DNA of 63,855 bases, filler included, from Octopus bimaculoides (GCF_001194135.2; 6 parts of 6 records of this genome joined end to end with filler, not necessarily neighbours in it); one strand, 5' to 3'. Positions 38,789-52,709 are shown, counted from the whole stretch's first letter. Notes: generated from the sequence alone by a model not told the origin. A program made the numbers and translations.

Positions 38789-40854
38789 CTGTGTTTGTCC
38801 CCCACAACATTGCTTGACAACTGATGCTGGTGTGTTTACGTTCCCGTAACTTAGCGGTTTGGCAAAAGAGACCAATAGAATAAGTACTAGGCTTCCAAAG
38901 AATAAGTCCTGGGGTCGATTCGCTCGACTAAAGGTGGTGCTCCAGCATGGCCACAGTCAAATGACTGAAACAAGTAAAATAGTAAAGAGTAAACTAGCAT
39001 CAAATTTTAGTGGAAGGTTTTAACCTAGATTATTTTAATCCTTTTGTTACTGTATTTAATTCTGAGAATGATGAAGAATTTAGTAATATAATTTTGTCAT
39101 TATTATAAGGTTGTGAGTTCGATTCCTGGACCAGACTGTGTTGTGTTCTTGAGCAAGGCACTTCATTTTCATGTTGCTCCAGTTCATACAACTGTAGAAA
39201 TGAGTTGCGACATCACTGGTACCAAACTGTATTAGCCTTTGTTTATCCCTTGGACAACATCAGTGGCATGCAAAAGGGAAACCAGTATGCAAGAGTGACC
39301 ACTGGTCTTCCATAAACAACTTTGCCTGGATTTGTGTCTCGGAGGGGAACTTTCTGGGTACAATCCCATGATTATTCATGACCGAAGGGGGTTTTACCTT
39401 TTTACCTTGTGCTGATGTTTGCTTCATATACTAGCATGACATTTTTGTGGAAGGTTTTAATTTGGATCATCCTAAAATGGGAAGTTTGTGTCCTAGAACC
39501 AGGAGCAGTCTCAGACAGGTTGGTCTCAAAATGGCTAATTCATAATTCAGTGGCTGTAATGAGTTTATGTGTTTGGTAAATGGAATAGTCTTGTAGAGCT
39601 TATGTATTAGTGGGCAGCAGTTAAATGTTGCTGACAATATTATCCTATCTTATTCTTATATTTTAGTTTATTATTGTAAAAAAAATATAGGTGCGGGTGT
39701 GACTGTGCGGTAAGAAGCTTGCTTCTCAACCACATGGTTCCTGGTTCAGACCCGCTGCGTAGCACCCTGGGCAAGAGTCTTCTACTATAGCCTTGGACCA
39801 ACCAAAACCTTGTGCAGTGAATTTGGTAGCGGAAAAATTGAAAGAAGCCCATCATATATGTATGTATGTATGTATAGTATGTATATATTTGTGTGCGTGT
39901 CTGTTTGTCCCCTCCCTCCCAACTGTCACTTGACAATCGATGTTGGTGTGTTATGTCCCCGTAACTTAGTAGTTCAGCAAAAGAGACTGATAGAATAAGT
40001 ACTAGGCTTACAAAGAATATATCTTGGGGGCTGATTTGTTCGACTAAAAAAAGATCTATAAGGTCAGTTCTGACAACAAGGTACCACATACCTCTGTCAT
40101 TTATCATCTTATACACACATACATATATACAAACACATATATAATGGAGCACTCTGTCAGTTATGATGACAAGGGTCCCAGCTGATCCGATCAACGGAAC
40201 AGCTTTCTCGTGAAATTAATGTGCAAGTGGCTGAGCACTCCACAGACACTGGGGGTGACTTGGTCAGTGAATCCTTTACGACGGTTGACAATTGACAGCA
40301 AGATGAGCTACCACAGATCTCACTATCCCAAAGTGTGTATGCATGTGACTGAGGACCACACATGTGGACTTGTATTTCCATTGAGACTCTGAACATGAAC
40401 TCTCCACCTCAACAATAAATGACAACTATCTCTGGCGTGAATGCTTCCATAAGTAGAAGTAAGTTGAAACTATGGTTCACAAGACATGCTGTTTGCTAGT
40501 TTCTGCTCCTTGGAGCTGGCTAGAACCATGTCACCTTAGGCATTACTGAACCAGTTGGCTTTCCTCCTCTTATCAACCATGCTGTGTCCACTCCCTCCCT
40601 ATGTCCAGTCCCCTCGCTATTCACTACCCACAGTCCTTCTTTCTTTCCTTCCCAGAACAGTGACCTGGATGGAAGTCCCTCTTTCCTCATGCGTTTCCCA
40701 CGGGTCTTGGCTTGTAGTAGTTACAGAGGAACATTCATAGCATGCCTTGCTTAATCTCTGAGGGCCTGTGAATACCACTTAGCATTTTGCTCAGCATGGT
40801 AACAATTTAGCCAGTTTGCCACCTTATTGATGATGATAATAATAATAATAATAA

Positions 40855-41420
40855 TAATAATAGGCACAAGGCCTGAAATTTGTGAGAGGAGGTAAGTTGA
40901 TTATATCGAACCTGGGTGAAGTCGACCTCAGGTGAATTTGAACTCAGAATGTAGTGACAGACGAAATACCACTAAGCGTTTCACCCAGCGTGCTAACGAT
41001 TCTTATTTCTTTTTTATTTCTTTATTGCCCACAAGGGGCCAAACATAGAGGGGACAAACAAGGACAGATAAAGGGATTAAATCGATTACATCGCCCCCAG
41101 TGCGTAACTGGTACTTAATTTATCGACCCCGAAAGGATGAAAGGCAAAGTCGACCTCGGCGGAATTTGAACTCAGAACGTAGCGGCAGACGAAATACCGC
41201 TAAGCATTTCGTCCGGTGTGCTAACGATTCTGCCAGCTCACCGCCTTAACTAATAATAATAATAATAGTTTCAAGTTTTGCTACTTATTTAATCGACCCC
41301 GAAAAGATGAAAGGCAAAGTCAACTTCGGCGGAATTTGAACACAGAACATAAAAGACGAACGAAATGCCGCTAAGCATTTTGTCCGGGGTGCTAACGATT
41401 CCGCCAATTACCCACCTCAT
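40855..41420 (-). mobile_element. Cluster of three Nin/Deu-domain-type SINEs
   Basis: Reverse complement contains GGTCGACTTTGCCTTTCATCCTTTCGGGGTCGATAAATTAAGTACCAG, resembling the Nin domain; flanked by (AAT)n. Confidence 0.8.
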
Positions 41421-41899
41421 TGATGATAATAATAATAATAATAATAATAATAATATTGTTGACACACATTACAATTTTCTTCGAAATTTCCATTTTCATT
41501 TTGTAAGTATTTGTGACGTATCAGGATATATATGTGTGTGTGTGTGCGTTCGAGTTACCCCCCCCCCCCGCCTTAAATTCCCATAGGATCGTAATCTACG
41601 CCATACCTGCAATTTCGTCTTCAGGTATCAATGACGTTGGAAGTCCGGGGTTGTCTCCCTTACCTATTAATTTCTCTAGACTTAACCAGGGATGTAATTT
41701 TTATTTCATTATTATTTAGGGTGCAACTAATTAAGCTTGCTGGATTAGGTTTACTTTAATTTTAATTAATTAATTAAGCTCACTGGGTTTATGGTTTGGA
41801 TCACTTCCTTGTTAGCACCCATTACGATAAGGAAATTTGAAGATGAAGATTTAAATTCATGTCACTGGTATTCCAGTATATGTATGTGTGTGTGTGTGT

Positions 41900-42163
41900 G
41901 AAGGCCTGTGGCCTAGTGGTTAAGCTGTTGCACTCACGATCGCTAGATCGTCGGTTCGATCCCCTGATTGGGCGGTACGTTGTGCTTCTGAGCAAAACAC
42001 TTCATTTCACGTTGCTCCAGTCTCCCTTTCGGGAGGAATGTTGGCCCTTGCTCGCCTAGCCAGCGCGGTGGCATCATTTGAAAGCTAAAACGATGCAAAG
42101 CGCATTGTGACCAGCGATATGTAAGAACATTTGAGAGTTTGGCCGGTCACTTGATTACGTGAG

Positions 42164-42165
<2 letters not shown>
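41900..42165 (+). mobile_element. tRNA-headed SINE with Meta/MESC-like central domain
   Basis: TGGCCTAGTGG...GTTCGATCCC head, then gttgtg(t/c)ttc(t)tgagcaaaacacttcatttcacgttgctcc; relatives at 39105-39395, 44388-44620 and 57374-57635. Confidence 0.7.
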
Positions 42166-42197
<32 letters not shown>

Positions 42198-43061
42198 NNN
42201 NNNNNNNNNNNNNNNNNNNNNNNNNNNNNNNNNNNNNNNNNNNNNNNNNNNNNNNNNNNNNNNNNNNNNNNNNNNNNNNNNNNNNNNNNNNNNNNNNNNN
42301 NNNNNNNNNNNNNNNNNNNNNNNNNNNNNNNNNNNNNNNNNNNNNNNNNNNNNNNNNNNNNNNNNNNNNNNNNNNNNNNNNNNNNNNNNNNNNNNNNNNN
42401 NNNNNNNNNNNNNNNNNNNNNNNNNNNNNNNNNNNNNNNNNNNNNNNNNNNNNNNNNNNNNNNNNNNNNNNNNNNNNNNNNNNNNNNNNNNNNNNNNNNN
42501 NNNNNNNNNNNNNNNNNNNNNNNNNNNNNNNNNNNNNNNNNNNNNNNNNNNNNNNNNNNNNNNNNNNNNNNNNNNNNNNNNNNNNNNNNNNNNNNNNNNN
42601 NNNNNNNNNNNNNNNNNNNNNNNNNNNNNNNNNNNNNNNNNNNNNNNNNNNNNNNNNNNNNNNNNNNNNNNNNNNNNNNNNNNNNNNNNNNNNNNNNNNN
42701 NNNNNNNNNNNNNNNNNNNNNNNNNNNNNNNNNNNNNNNNNNNNNNNNNNNNNNNNNNNNNNNNNNNNNNNNNNNNNNNNNNNNNNNNNNNNNNNNNNNN
42801 NNNNNNNNNNNNNNNNNNNNNNNNNNNNNNNNNNNNNNNNNNNNNNNNNNNNNNNNNNNNNNNNNNNNNNNNNNNNNNNNNNNNNNNNNNNNNNNNNNNN
42901 NNNNNNNNNNNNNNNNNNNNNNNNNNNNNNNNNNNNNNNNNNNNNNNNNNNNNNNNNNNNNNNNNNNNNNNNNNNNNNNNNNNNNNNNNNNNNNNNNNNN
43001 NNNNNNNNNNNNNNNNNNNNNNNNNNNNNNNNNNNNNNNNNNNNNNNNNNNNNNNNNNNNN

Positions 43062-43108
<47 letters not shown>

Positions 43109-43577
43109 CACACACACAGGGTTACTGCTAATTTCACTGTGCAAGTGACTGTCTTCACGCACAAACACTTGTATATCCACACACACATGTACACACGCAA
43201 CCGCACTGAAGCATATCCTCCTCGCACACAAATGCATACACTTATTTGTATTGAAATACCTTTCTCTCTCTCTCTCTCCTCTTCCTCCCTCTCTCTCTCT
43301 CTCTCTCTCCACATATACATGCACCACATTTTATACAAACTTCCTTGTAACATGCAAATATTATTTACTTTGCCACCCACGCTCTCTTTATGTACATACC
43401 AACAGACACACACACACACATACATGCACACCAACCAATAGACACAAACACAATGGCAAATACTCATACACAGACGCAATGCAGTGGTGCTTGTTTGCAA
43501 CTACCACACCATGTCAAGACGAGGATACACACACACAACACACACACACACAGACACACACAACACACAACACATAC

Positions 43578-43802
43578 ATATTCTTTATTGCCCACAAGGG
43601 GCTAAACATAGAGGGGACAAACAAGAACAGACAAACGGATTAAGTCGATTACATCGACCCCAGTGCGTAACTGGTGCTTTATTTATCGACCCCGAAAGGA
43701 TGAAAGGCTAAGTCGACCTCGGCGGAATTTGAACTCAGAACTTAGCAGCAGACAAAATACCGCTAAGCATTTCGCCCGGCGTGCTAACGTTTCTGCCAGC
43801 TC
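43578..43802 (-). mobile_element. Nin/Deu-domain-type SINE, CpG-intact
   Basis: Near-identical to 41020-41250; more copies at 31.5-31.9, 60.7, 63.3 and 63.7 kb. Confidence 0.82.
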
Positions 43803-45858
43803 ATACACAACACACACACATACACAACACACACACAACACACACACACAACACATACACACACATGCAAAAGGTTTCCTTCAGTTTTTGTCTTCTAAAT
43901 TTCCTCACAAGGCTCTGGTCAGTCAGGGATCTATCGTAGAAGAAACCTACTCAAGGTGCTGCACAATGGGACTGAACTTGAGATCCCTGGGCTGAGAAGC
44001 CACACCTGTGCCCTATAATTACATAAGGGTACCTTTTGTTGGCATTCTTGACGACTAACTCATAAATTTAATTAGTAAATTATTTCGTCGAACAACTGGT
44101 TACTCATCAGCAAAACAGACTGAGGATCCTTCATTAATTGTTTGGTTAATTGCCAAGACATGTTTCCTCATTTAGCAATTAGTTTCATTGATTGGTTTCA
44201 TTGATTAATTAAAAATAATTGAGAAGATAAGCAATGCTGTTGAGAAGATTTTGTTTCACTAAAGCAAAACCTAATTTTTTTTTTTTTTTTTACCAATGTA
44301 CACCTGAGGTCATACCTTGTCATAACGGCCCCTGTTGCCATCTCAGTTGGAACCGTTTATCAACGCAGAACTCTCCTTAATGGTTAAGGCCTAGTGGTTA
44401 GATTGTTATACTTGTGATTGTAAGTTTGTGGTTTCAATTCCCAGACTGGGTGGTGGATTTTGTTCTTGAGCAAGACACTTCATTTCATATTACTCCAGGC
44501 ATGAAATAAACGAGTAACCCTGTGATGGACAGGTATTCTGGGGGTTTTTTTTTGGTGGGGGTGGGATGTTGCGAAGTCTGTTACATTGCCAAGGAAACCA
44601 GGTAGTGAGTCCTTGGACTTGAGGCAGAAAAATGTTCAGCGGTTGAGGATGATGATGATGAGGGCAAATGTTCTTTAGCATGATGTGGTTGTTATTCATA
44701 GCTAATGGCATTCTTGCATTTTTTATCACCACCACCACCTCAACTACAACATCACTACCAGCAGAAGCTGCTTGTCTTTCTCCCACGCCGCCGCCACCAT
44801 ACAGTTAGTTTCATGACTCACTGTAGCTGTTAACGATAATGGTGATGATGACCGTTTTTCAATGAGGATGCTATTAGTGATGTTGATGGAATTTATGATG
44901 ATGATGATGATTGTGGTTTTTAAAATAAATCAACATTTTTGTAGTTTAGGGAGATAGGGACAACGCCCAAGGCATTTTTTTTTTCAAGGTCTTTGAGATT
45001 CCTGTCGATTATAATAATGATGATAATATTGTTTTAACGATATTGTGGATTATGCTGTTGCTGCTGATGATGAATTTGTCATTGAGATTATTTACATTTC
45101 GAAGCTAATTAATTTTGCAAAACCATATTGGACTTTCTTCTGTGATTCTCATTACTTTTAGCATTAGGGATGTGTGTGTGTTGGTGTTTGTGTAATCTGA
45201 ATGCTGAGGTGTCGAGTGAAGACATTGTTCAAAGTTGGATAAATAGATAGAATGAGTACCCAGACTGGAATGTTTCCAAGGTGTCAACGTACCGGACGAA
45301 AAGCCATCGGTGTTGGCATCCCCAGCATGTCAAGAATGCAATGATTGAAACCAGCAAAAGAATAAAAGATGGCCCTGGAAGGGAAACATCTTAGCATCCT
45401 TTTCTTTCTTTCCTTCTTTTTTCCATAGTTTAGTTTTAGGAATCTTACAAATAAGGTCAAGTAGTGATCCATTATAGTGCTAATGTTTCCCCTGACAGTT
45501 GACATGGCGAGAAAGAAAAAGAACGAACGGAGTTAGTGCAGTGGTGGCGACGGCGGCGTAGAGGGGGTTTCCCTTTATTAATAATCGGGGCATTTAATTC
45601 TCTTTGCTAATTGCACATTGGTTCATTTTATACCGTTGTTCTCTGTAAATCTCCGTGTGCTTATTTTATACATACATAGATTACAAATCCATTTGTGTGT
45701 ATCTATAAATATTTGTGTATGTCTGTATATATATATATATATATATATACACACAAATAATATGAGTATATGCATATATATGTACATACCTTCATCTACA
45801 TGTATATATAGATGGATATCTGGGTACATGACGTTGCAAAAAAACATGGACAAAATGC

Positions 45859-45901
<43 letters not shown>

Positions 45902-46053
45902 ATGTATATGAAGATAATGCTTGTATCTGCATGTGNNNNNNNNNNNNNNNNNNNNNNNNNNNNNNNNNNNNNNNNNNNNNNNNNNNNNNNNNNNNNNNNN
46001 NNNNNNNNNNNNNNNNNNNNNNNNNNNNNNAAGGCTAATATGTGTCTGTGTAA

Positions 46054-46091
<38 letters not shown>

Positions 46092-46466
46092 ATATGTGTG
46101 CGTGGGTGGATGTGTTTATTATGGGTGGCTAGGTGCATAGGTATGTATTATATTTCTCAAATATTTAAACTATACTTTTCTGTTAAATCTAAAAGTGTTG
46201 GGAATTTGTCTTTCAATTGTACACACTTCATTGTTACCAACTAACCAATCCACCAATCCTCTCTACCAACTGGTCTCTCCACTTGCTTGTCTCCCTATTT
46301 AGCAAATCGTCATTCTACAAGTTACCATTCAAGTTTTCTTTGCGTTTTGGAGTTGCCTCCCTTCCCTCGCTTGCGTCCAGGATTGTTAAACTTTTTTTCT
46401 TATGTGGGTGCGGCCATGCTGGGGCACTTACCTTGATGTTTTCTAATCAAACAAATGGACCCCCAC

Positions 46467-46524
<58 letters not shown>

Positions 46525-46526
<2 letters not shown>

Positions 46527-47208
46527 GGTGGCGAGCTGGCAGAATCGTTAGCACGCCGGGCGAAATGCTTAGCAGCATTTCGCTACGTTCTGAGTTCAAA
46601 TTCCGCCGGGGTCGACTTTGCCTTTCATCCTTTCGGGGGTCGATAAATTAAGTTCCAGTGAAATACTGGGGTCGATGTAATCGACTATCCTTTCCCCCAA
46701 ATTTTCAGGCCTACAGTAGAAAGGATTATAATTGTTGTTGTTGTTGTTGTTGAGCTGGCAGAAACGTTAGTACGCCGAGTGAAATGCTTAGCGGTGTTTC
46801 GTCTGTCTTTACGTTCTGAGTTCAAATTCCGCCGGGGTCGACTTTGCCTTTCATCCTTTCGGGGGTCGATAAATTAAGTACCAGTGAAATACTGGGGTCG
46901 ATGTAATCGACTATCCTTTCCCCCGAATTTTCAGGCCTTATACCAATAGTAGAAAGGATTATAATTATTGTTATTATTATTATTATTGAGCTGGCAGAAA
47001 CGTGGGGGTGGGATGTTGCGAAGTCTGTTACATTGCCAAGGAAACCAGGCGAAATGCTTAGCGGTGTTTCGTCTGTCTTTACGTGCTGAGTTCAAATTCC
47101 GCCGCGGTCGACTTTGCCTTTCATCCTTTCATCCTTACGCACTGGGGTCGATCTAATCGACTGGCCCCCTCCCCCAAAATTTCGGGCCTTGTGCCTTGAG
47201 TAGAAAAG

Positions 47209-47210
<2 letters not shown>
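46525..47210 (+). mobile_element. Three head-to-tail Nin/Deu-domain-type SINEs
   Basis: Each starts gagctggcagaa(t/a)cgt; separated by (TAT)n/(TGT)n. Confidence 0.85.
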
Positions 47211-47250
<40 letters not shown>

Positions 47251-48744
47251 GTTCAGTAGTGTTATTTTTATAACGTGCTTTCACTTCACNNNNNNNNNNN
47301 NNNNNNNNNNNNNNNNNNNNNNNNNNNNNNNNNNNNNNNNNNNNNNNNNNNNNNNNNNNNNNNNNNNNNNNNNNNNNNNNNNNNNNNNNNNNNNNNNNNN
47401 NNNNNNNNNNNNNNNNNNNNNNNNNNNNNNNNNNNNNNNNNNNNNNNNNNNNNNNNNNNNNNNNNNNNNNNNNNNNNNNNNNNNNNNNNNNNNNNNNNNN
47501 NNNNNNNNNNNNNNNNNNNNNNNNNNNNNNNNNNNNNNNNNNNNNNNNNNNNNNNNNNNNNNNNNNNNNNNNNNNNNNNNNNNNNNNNNNNNNNNNNNNN
47601 NNNNNNNNNNNNNNNNNNNNNNNNNNNNNNNAAAAAAAAAAAAAAAAAAAATTTCAAGGCCTTTGTGCCTAGAGTAGAAATATCAATCATTATTATCTAT
47701 CTATGATAATAAATGCCAAAACGAATTTCCGTGTGTCAGTGTGTCACACTTTGAGCCCCTCTCTCGCTATTCAGTGACACTTTTTCTACTCCAGCTTGCT
47801 GGGGTGAGAGCAATAGTAGGGGCGGTAGTAGATTGACAGTTGAGATGGTAATGGAGTGATAGAAATAGTCTGAGCTGTAGTTGTGATAGAGGCAGAGGTG
47901 GTGGTGGTGGTAGTAGCAGAGGCGGTCAAGCATGACGGTAACAGTCATGGATGTGAAAGACTGGTGATGGTGGTGGAGGGGAAGGTGAGGGAGCTATGAA
48001 AAAAGGACACCCCCCTTCCTTCCTTATTCGTCTGTCACCCATTCCTTTCTCATTCATAAACACAAGAATATTATTATAGTAGATTATCTCCGTAACCATG
48101 GGGTATACNNNNNNNNNNNNNNNNNNNNNNNNNNNNNNNNNNNNNNNNNNNNNNNNNNNNNNNNNNNNNNNNNNNNNNNNNNNNNNNNNNNNNNNNNNNN
48201 NNNNNNNNNNNNNNNNNNNNNNNNNNNNNNNNNNNNNNNNNNNNNNNNNNNNNNNNNNNNNNNNNNNNNNNNNNNNNNNNNNNNNNNNNNNNNNNNNNNN
48301 NNNNNNNNNNNNNNNNNNNNNNNNNNNNNNNNNNNNNNNNNNNNNNNNNNNNNNNNNNNNNNNNNNNNNNNNNNNNNNNNNNNNNNNNNNNNNNNNNNNN
48401 NNNNNNNNNNNNNNNNNNNNNNNNNNNNNNNNNNNNNNNNNNNNNNNNNNNNNNNNNNNNNNNNNNNNNNNNNNNNNNNNNNNNNNNNNNNNNNNNNNNN
48501 NNNNNNNNNNNNNNNNNNNNNNNNNNNNNNNNNNNNNNNNNNNNNNNNNNNNNNNNNNNNNNNNNNNNNNNNNNNNNNNNNNNNNNNNNNNNNNNNNNNN
48601 NNNNNNNNNNNNNNNNNNNNNNNNNNNNNNNNNNNNNNNNNNNNNNNNNNNNNNNNNNNNNNNNNNNNNNNNNNNNNNNNNNNNNNNNNNNNNNNNNNNN
48701 NNNNNNNNNNNNNNNNNNNNNNNNNNNNNNNNNNAAGCCATAGC

Positions 48745-49095
48745 TTCGTTTTATTTGCTTTTTTCATTTTCTTTTTTTTCTTCGTTTTATTTGCTTTTTT
48801 CTTTTTAAATTTGTTGTTTTACCCTAACCCTAACCCTAACCCTATCAACGATAGAATTGTTTCAGAATCGTTTGTTAATGTAGTCGGCACTTAATGTATA
48901 TCGGCTGAATGGACGTCAGTGATTGGTTGAAATTACAGAAATACGACAACTTTAACATGGAATAACTTAGGGGTTTCTTTTTTTTTAAAGAAGACTAAGA
49001 GAAAAAGATGTTTTATATGACACATTCTACCAGTGTTCCAAGTTTCAAAGTGTTTCGTTAATGAAAAATGTGGCCCCCGTTTTAAAAAAGATCCG
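48745..49095. mobile_element. Foldback element, right half, with (TAACCC)n core
   Basis: cttcgttttatttgc...(taaccc)3...gtcagtgattggttgaaatt...aatgaaaaatgtggcccccgttttaaaaaagatcc. Confidence 0.65.
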
Positions 49096-50064
49096 TTTAT
49101 GGTGTTGATTGCTTAACAGAACGCACATGTCAGAAATGTTTTGAAAAATTCCGTTCTGGAGATTTTCCACTCAAAGATGACCTACGTTCTGGTGGGGGGG
49201 AGACAAACACAGACACACAAACACACACATATATACGATGGGCTTCTTTCAGTTTCCGTCTACCAAATCCACTCACAAGGCTTTGGTCGACCCGAGGCTA
49301 TAGTAGAAGACACTTGCCCAAGGTGCCACGCAGTGGGACTGAACCCGGAACCATGTGGTTGGTAAGCAAGCTACTTACCACACAGCCACTCCTGCGCCTA
49401 TATGTATATATATGTATGTGTGCACACATACTGTGCTATAAGTTATTTCCCAAACTAAAAGTGCAACAAGGACAAGCAATATATATGTATACACATGCAT
49501 GTCTATTTATGTGTTGGCGTATGTATGTGCATGCATGTGTAGGTGTATGTATATAGGTGTGTATTGTGTTCAAGCATGTGTATATTTGTGTATTTCAGTG
49601 GGGCTGTGTGTGAAACAATGATAAAAGAAAGGGTTTGGTCCTTTTATAAAAGTCAGCTGTCATCTGGGCATCTGTTTTCTGTCATGGCTGATTTGACTTT
49701 GGAGGTGTAGTGATGGCAGTGGCGGCGGTGGTGGTGTTGTTGTTGGTGGTGGTGGCGGCGATCGTGTTTTTTAAGAGTCTGAGGTGGCCAGGGAGGGGGT
49801 TTCATAAGTAATTGTTTGTGTGTGTGTGTGTGTGTGTGTGATACTTGTTGGTGTGTATGTGTAGCTGTGCATCCCTTTTCCAGTGCGGTGGTGGTGGAGA
49901 TGTTTCTATGTAATGCTTGTGTGTGTGTGTGTGTGTCAGTATATGTTTGTTTGTGCGTGTATGTGTGTGTGCTTTATGTACATGTGTGTGTGGTGTGTAC
50001 AGGAATGTATATACACAAGTGTATTGTATACATAGAAGTATGTGTGTGCACTTGAGTTTGAAAG

Positions 50065-50143
<79 letters not shown>

Positions 50144-50257
50144 TATATATATATATANNNNNNNNNNNNNNNNNNNNNNNNNNNNNNNNNNNNNNNNNNN
50201 NTTAATTAATTAANNNNNNNNNNNNNNNNNNNNNNNNNNNNNNNNNNNNNNNNNNNN

Positions 50258-50294
<37 letters not shown>

Positions 50295-50813
50295 GATACG
50301 ACGGGCTTCTTTCAGTTTCCGTCTACCAAATCCACTCACAAGGCTTTGGTCGGCCCGAGGCTATAGTAGAAGACACTTGCCCAAGGTGCCACGCAGTGGG
50401 ACTGAACCCGGAACCATGTGGTTGGTAAGCAAGCTACTTACCACACAGCCACTCCTGCGCCTAAAGAAGTATTGAAAAAAAAATTTAAAAAAAGAAGATA
50501 AGCACATTGGATAATGTAGTCATAGACACTGTATATCTGATCTCCAACCCGCCGCCAAGACAAACCGGAGAAACAAGACGGTCGCAGCTGGAACCTCGTT
50601 GATTATAGTCTGAAAAATCAAGTACGAGGTTGTGGGTGTTAAACAATAATCAATCAAGACATTTTCAAATTCCTCAAACCCCAAGAATTTTTTCGCAGAT
50701 GAGTTCATAGTTTCATAATTTCGCAAGTGAAAGCCTTTATCCTTCGTTGGACTTAAAAACCACTGGAAACAGTTTAGTTTTCTTCAAATAGTTTGGTCTA
50801 AAGCAAGGGTTCT

Positions 50814-51308
50814 CAAACAGTTAGGGGTACACACAAGAAACTACGAGGTACGTAAAATAAATATGGAGGTACACAAATATGAAAAAAAAAAAAAAAAATT
50901 GGAGGTACTCGAAGTTTGTAAAAACATCGGAATTTTGAAGAAAATACAACCAGCTATATGCGATTCGTCTAGAAAATCGAAAAAAGGTTTTGCTGTTCTC
51001 ATCAACTTAACGTTTGGGAACTAAAGTTTTCAACAACGATTATGTTGTTGTTGGCACTCCGTCGCTTACGACGTCGAGGATTCCAATAACATAGATGAAT
51101 AAGACAAAAAATCATAAAATTGTCTGTGGCTGTTAAATTAGGACTTACATTAAGTAGCTATAATGACATGCTAGCAATCTATCCACAAGCATCTGAGTTC
51201 ACACAGTATTCAAAGTATAGTGTTATATATTTCATAGTATAAATAAGACAAAAAAACAGTACTGAATCCCATGTTGCTGTGGGGATTTGAACATCATGTC
51301 TACTATAA

Positions 51309-51339
<31 letters not shown>

Positions 51340-52183
51340 TGGCACTCCGTCGCTTACGACGTCGAGGGTTCCAGTTGATCCGATCAACGGAACAGCCTGC
51401 TCGTGAAATTAACGTGTAAGTGGCTGAGCACTCCACAGACACGTGTACCCTTAACGTAGTTCTCGGGGATATTTAGCGTGACACAGTGTGACAAGACTGA
51501 CGCTTTGAATTACAGGCACAACAGAAACAGGAAGTAAGAGTGAGAGAAATTTGTGGTTAAAGAGTACAGCAGGGTTCGCCACCATCCCCTGCCGGAGACT
51601 CGTGAAGCTTTAAGTGTTTTCGCTCAATAAACACTCACAACGCCCGGTCTGGGAATCGAAACCGCGATCCTATGACCGCGAGTCCGCTGCCCTAACCACT
51701 GGGCCATTGCGCCTCCACACAATGATTATAACCAAAATCAAATTCCGTGTGAGTCTGTCAACAGAGAATGATATGCGGGTGTTGCTCCCTGAAAATATGC
51801 CCAGGTTTGAGTTTTTGTCATTAAGACCCGGTTCATATAACTAATTAAAAATGTTACATGAAATTAAATAAAATTAATTTCCTACTTAGGTACAATGCCA
51901 AAATTTTGTTTTCTTTTCTTTGGTATGTGTGTGTGTGTGGAAATATCAATTATATCGAGAACCTCCTTCCCTGCCACCAGTACTTGATTGGTACTTTACT
52001 TTATTGACCCCGAAAGGATGAAGGGCAAAGTTCACCATGGTGGGATTTCAAAACTTTAACCTGACTTACTCAATAAACAAATAGTACATTGTCTTTGGTA
52101 TCCAACTATTTTATACGAGGTACGCCAACACAGCTGGACATGAAAGGGTACGTAAAAAGAAAAAAAAAGTTTGAGAATCCATG
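50814..52183. mobile_element. hAT-type non-autonomous element with nested SINEs
   Basis: TIRs CAAGGGTTCTCAAAC and GTTTGAGAATCCATG; TSD gtctaaag/gtcttgag (6 of 8 match). Confidence 0.65.
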
Positions 52184-52389
52184 GTCTTGAGGAAGGGCTC
52201 TACATAATCTTTCTGAGATTGACATGATTGATGGTCCTGTAGAACTTGAAATTAATTATTGAAATGTTTAAGAATTAAATACAATCAGTTTTCTTTCCGT
52301 TTCGGTTCGTTTTTCTCCTTCTTATAAGAGAAAACAGAAAGAAGAGATTGGGGTAGAAGGAAAGCCTCAGAGTTATTTAAAGCTAAAAT

Positions 52390-52709
52390 TAAGGATCTAT
52401 TTTAAAACGGGGGCCACATTTTTCATTAATGTTTTACGTAGTGTTTTTGGTACGGAAAGACTTTCAAACTTCGTATACTTATCTATTTTGTGTTATAGAA
52501 CAGAAAAATATTTTTGTATTCGAATTTATTTCATGTAAAAAATTGTCTTATTTCGATAATTTCAACCAATCACTGACAAGTATTCAGTTGTTTATATTTA
52601 CTCCTTTGGCTGATTAAGCGATGTAAAGCGTATTTAATCTCCATACCTTCGTTTTATTTGCTTTTTTCATTTTAAATTTGCTTTAACCCTAACCCTAACC
52701 CTAACCCTA
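52390..52709. mobile_element. Foldback element, left half, with (TAACCC)n core
   Basis: ggatctattttaaaacgggggccacatttttcattaa...aatttcaaccaatcactgac...cttcgttttatttgc...(taaccc)n running into a gap. Confidence 0.65.

Noticed and set aside
50520-50726. 68-aa ORF with protein-like composition
   Set aside because: No recognisable motif or splice support; at most a transposon remnant.
52685-52709. (TAACCC)n as a true telomere
   Set aside because: It is only 3-4 units long and embedded in a dispersed element seen twice in the window.
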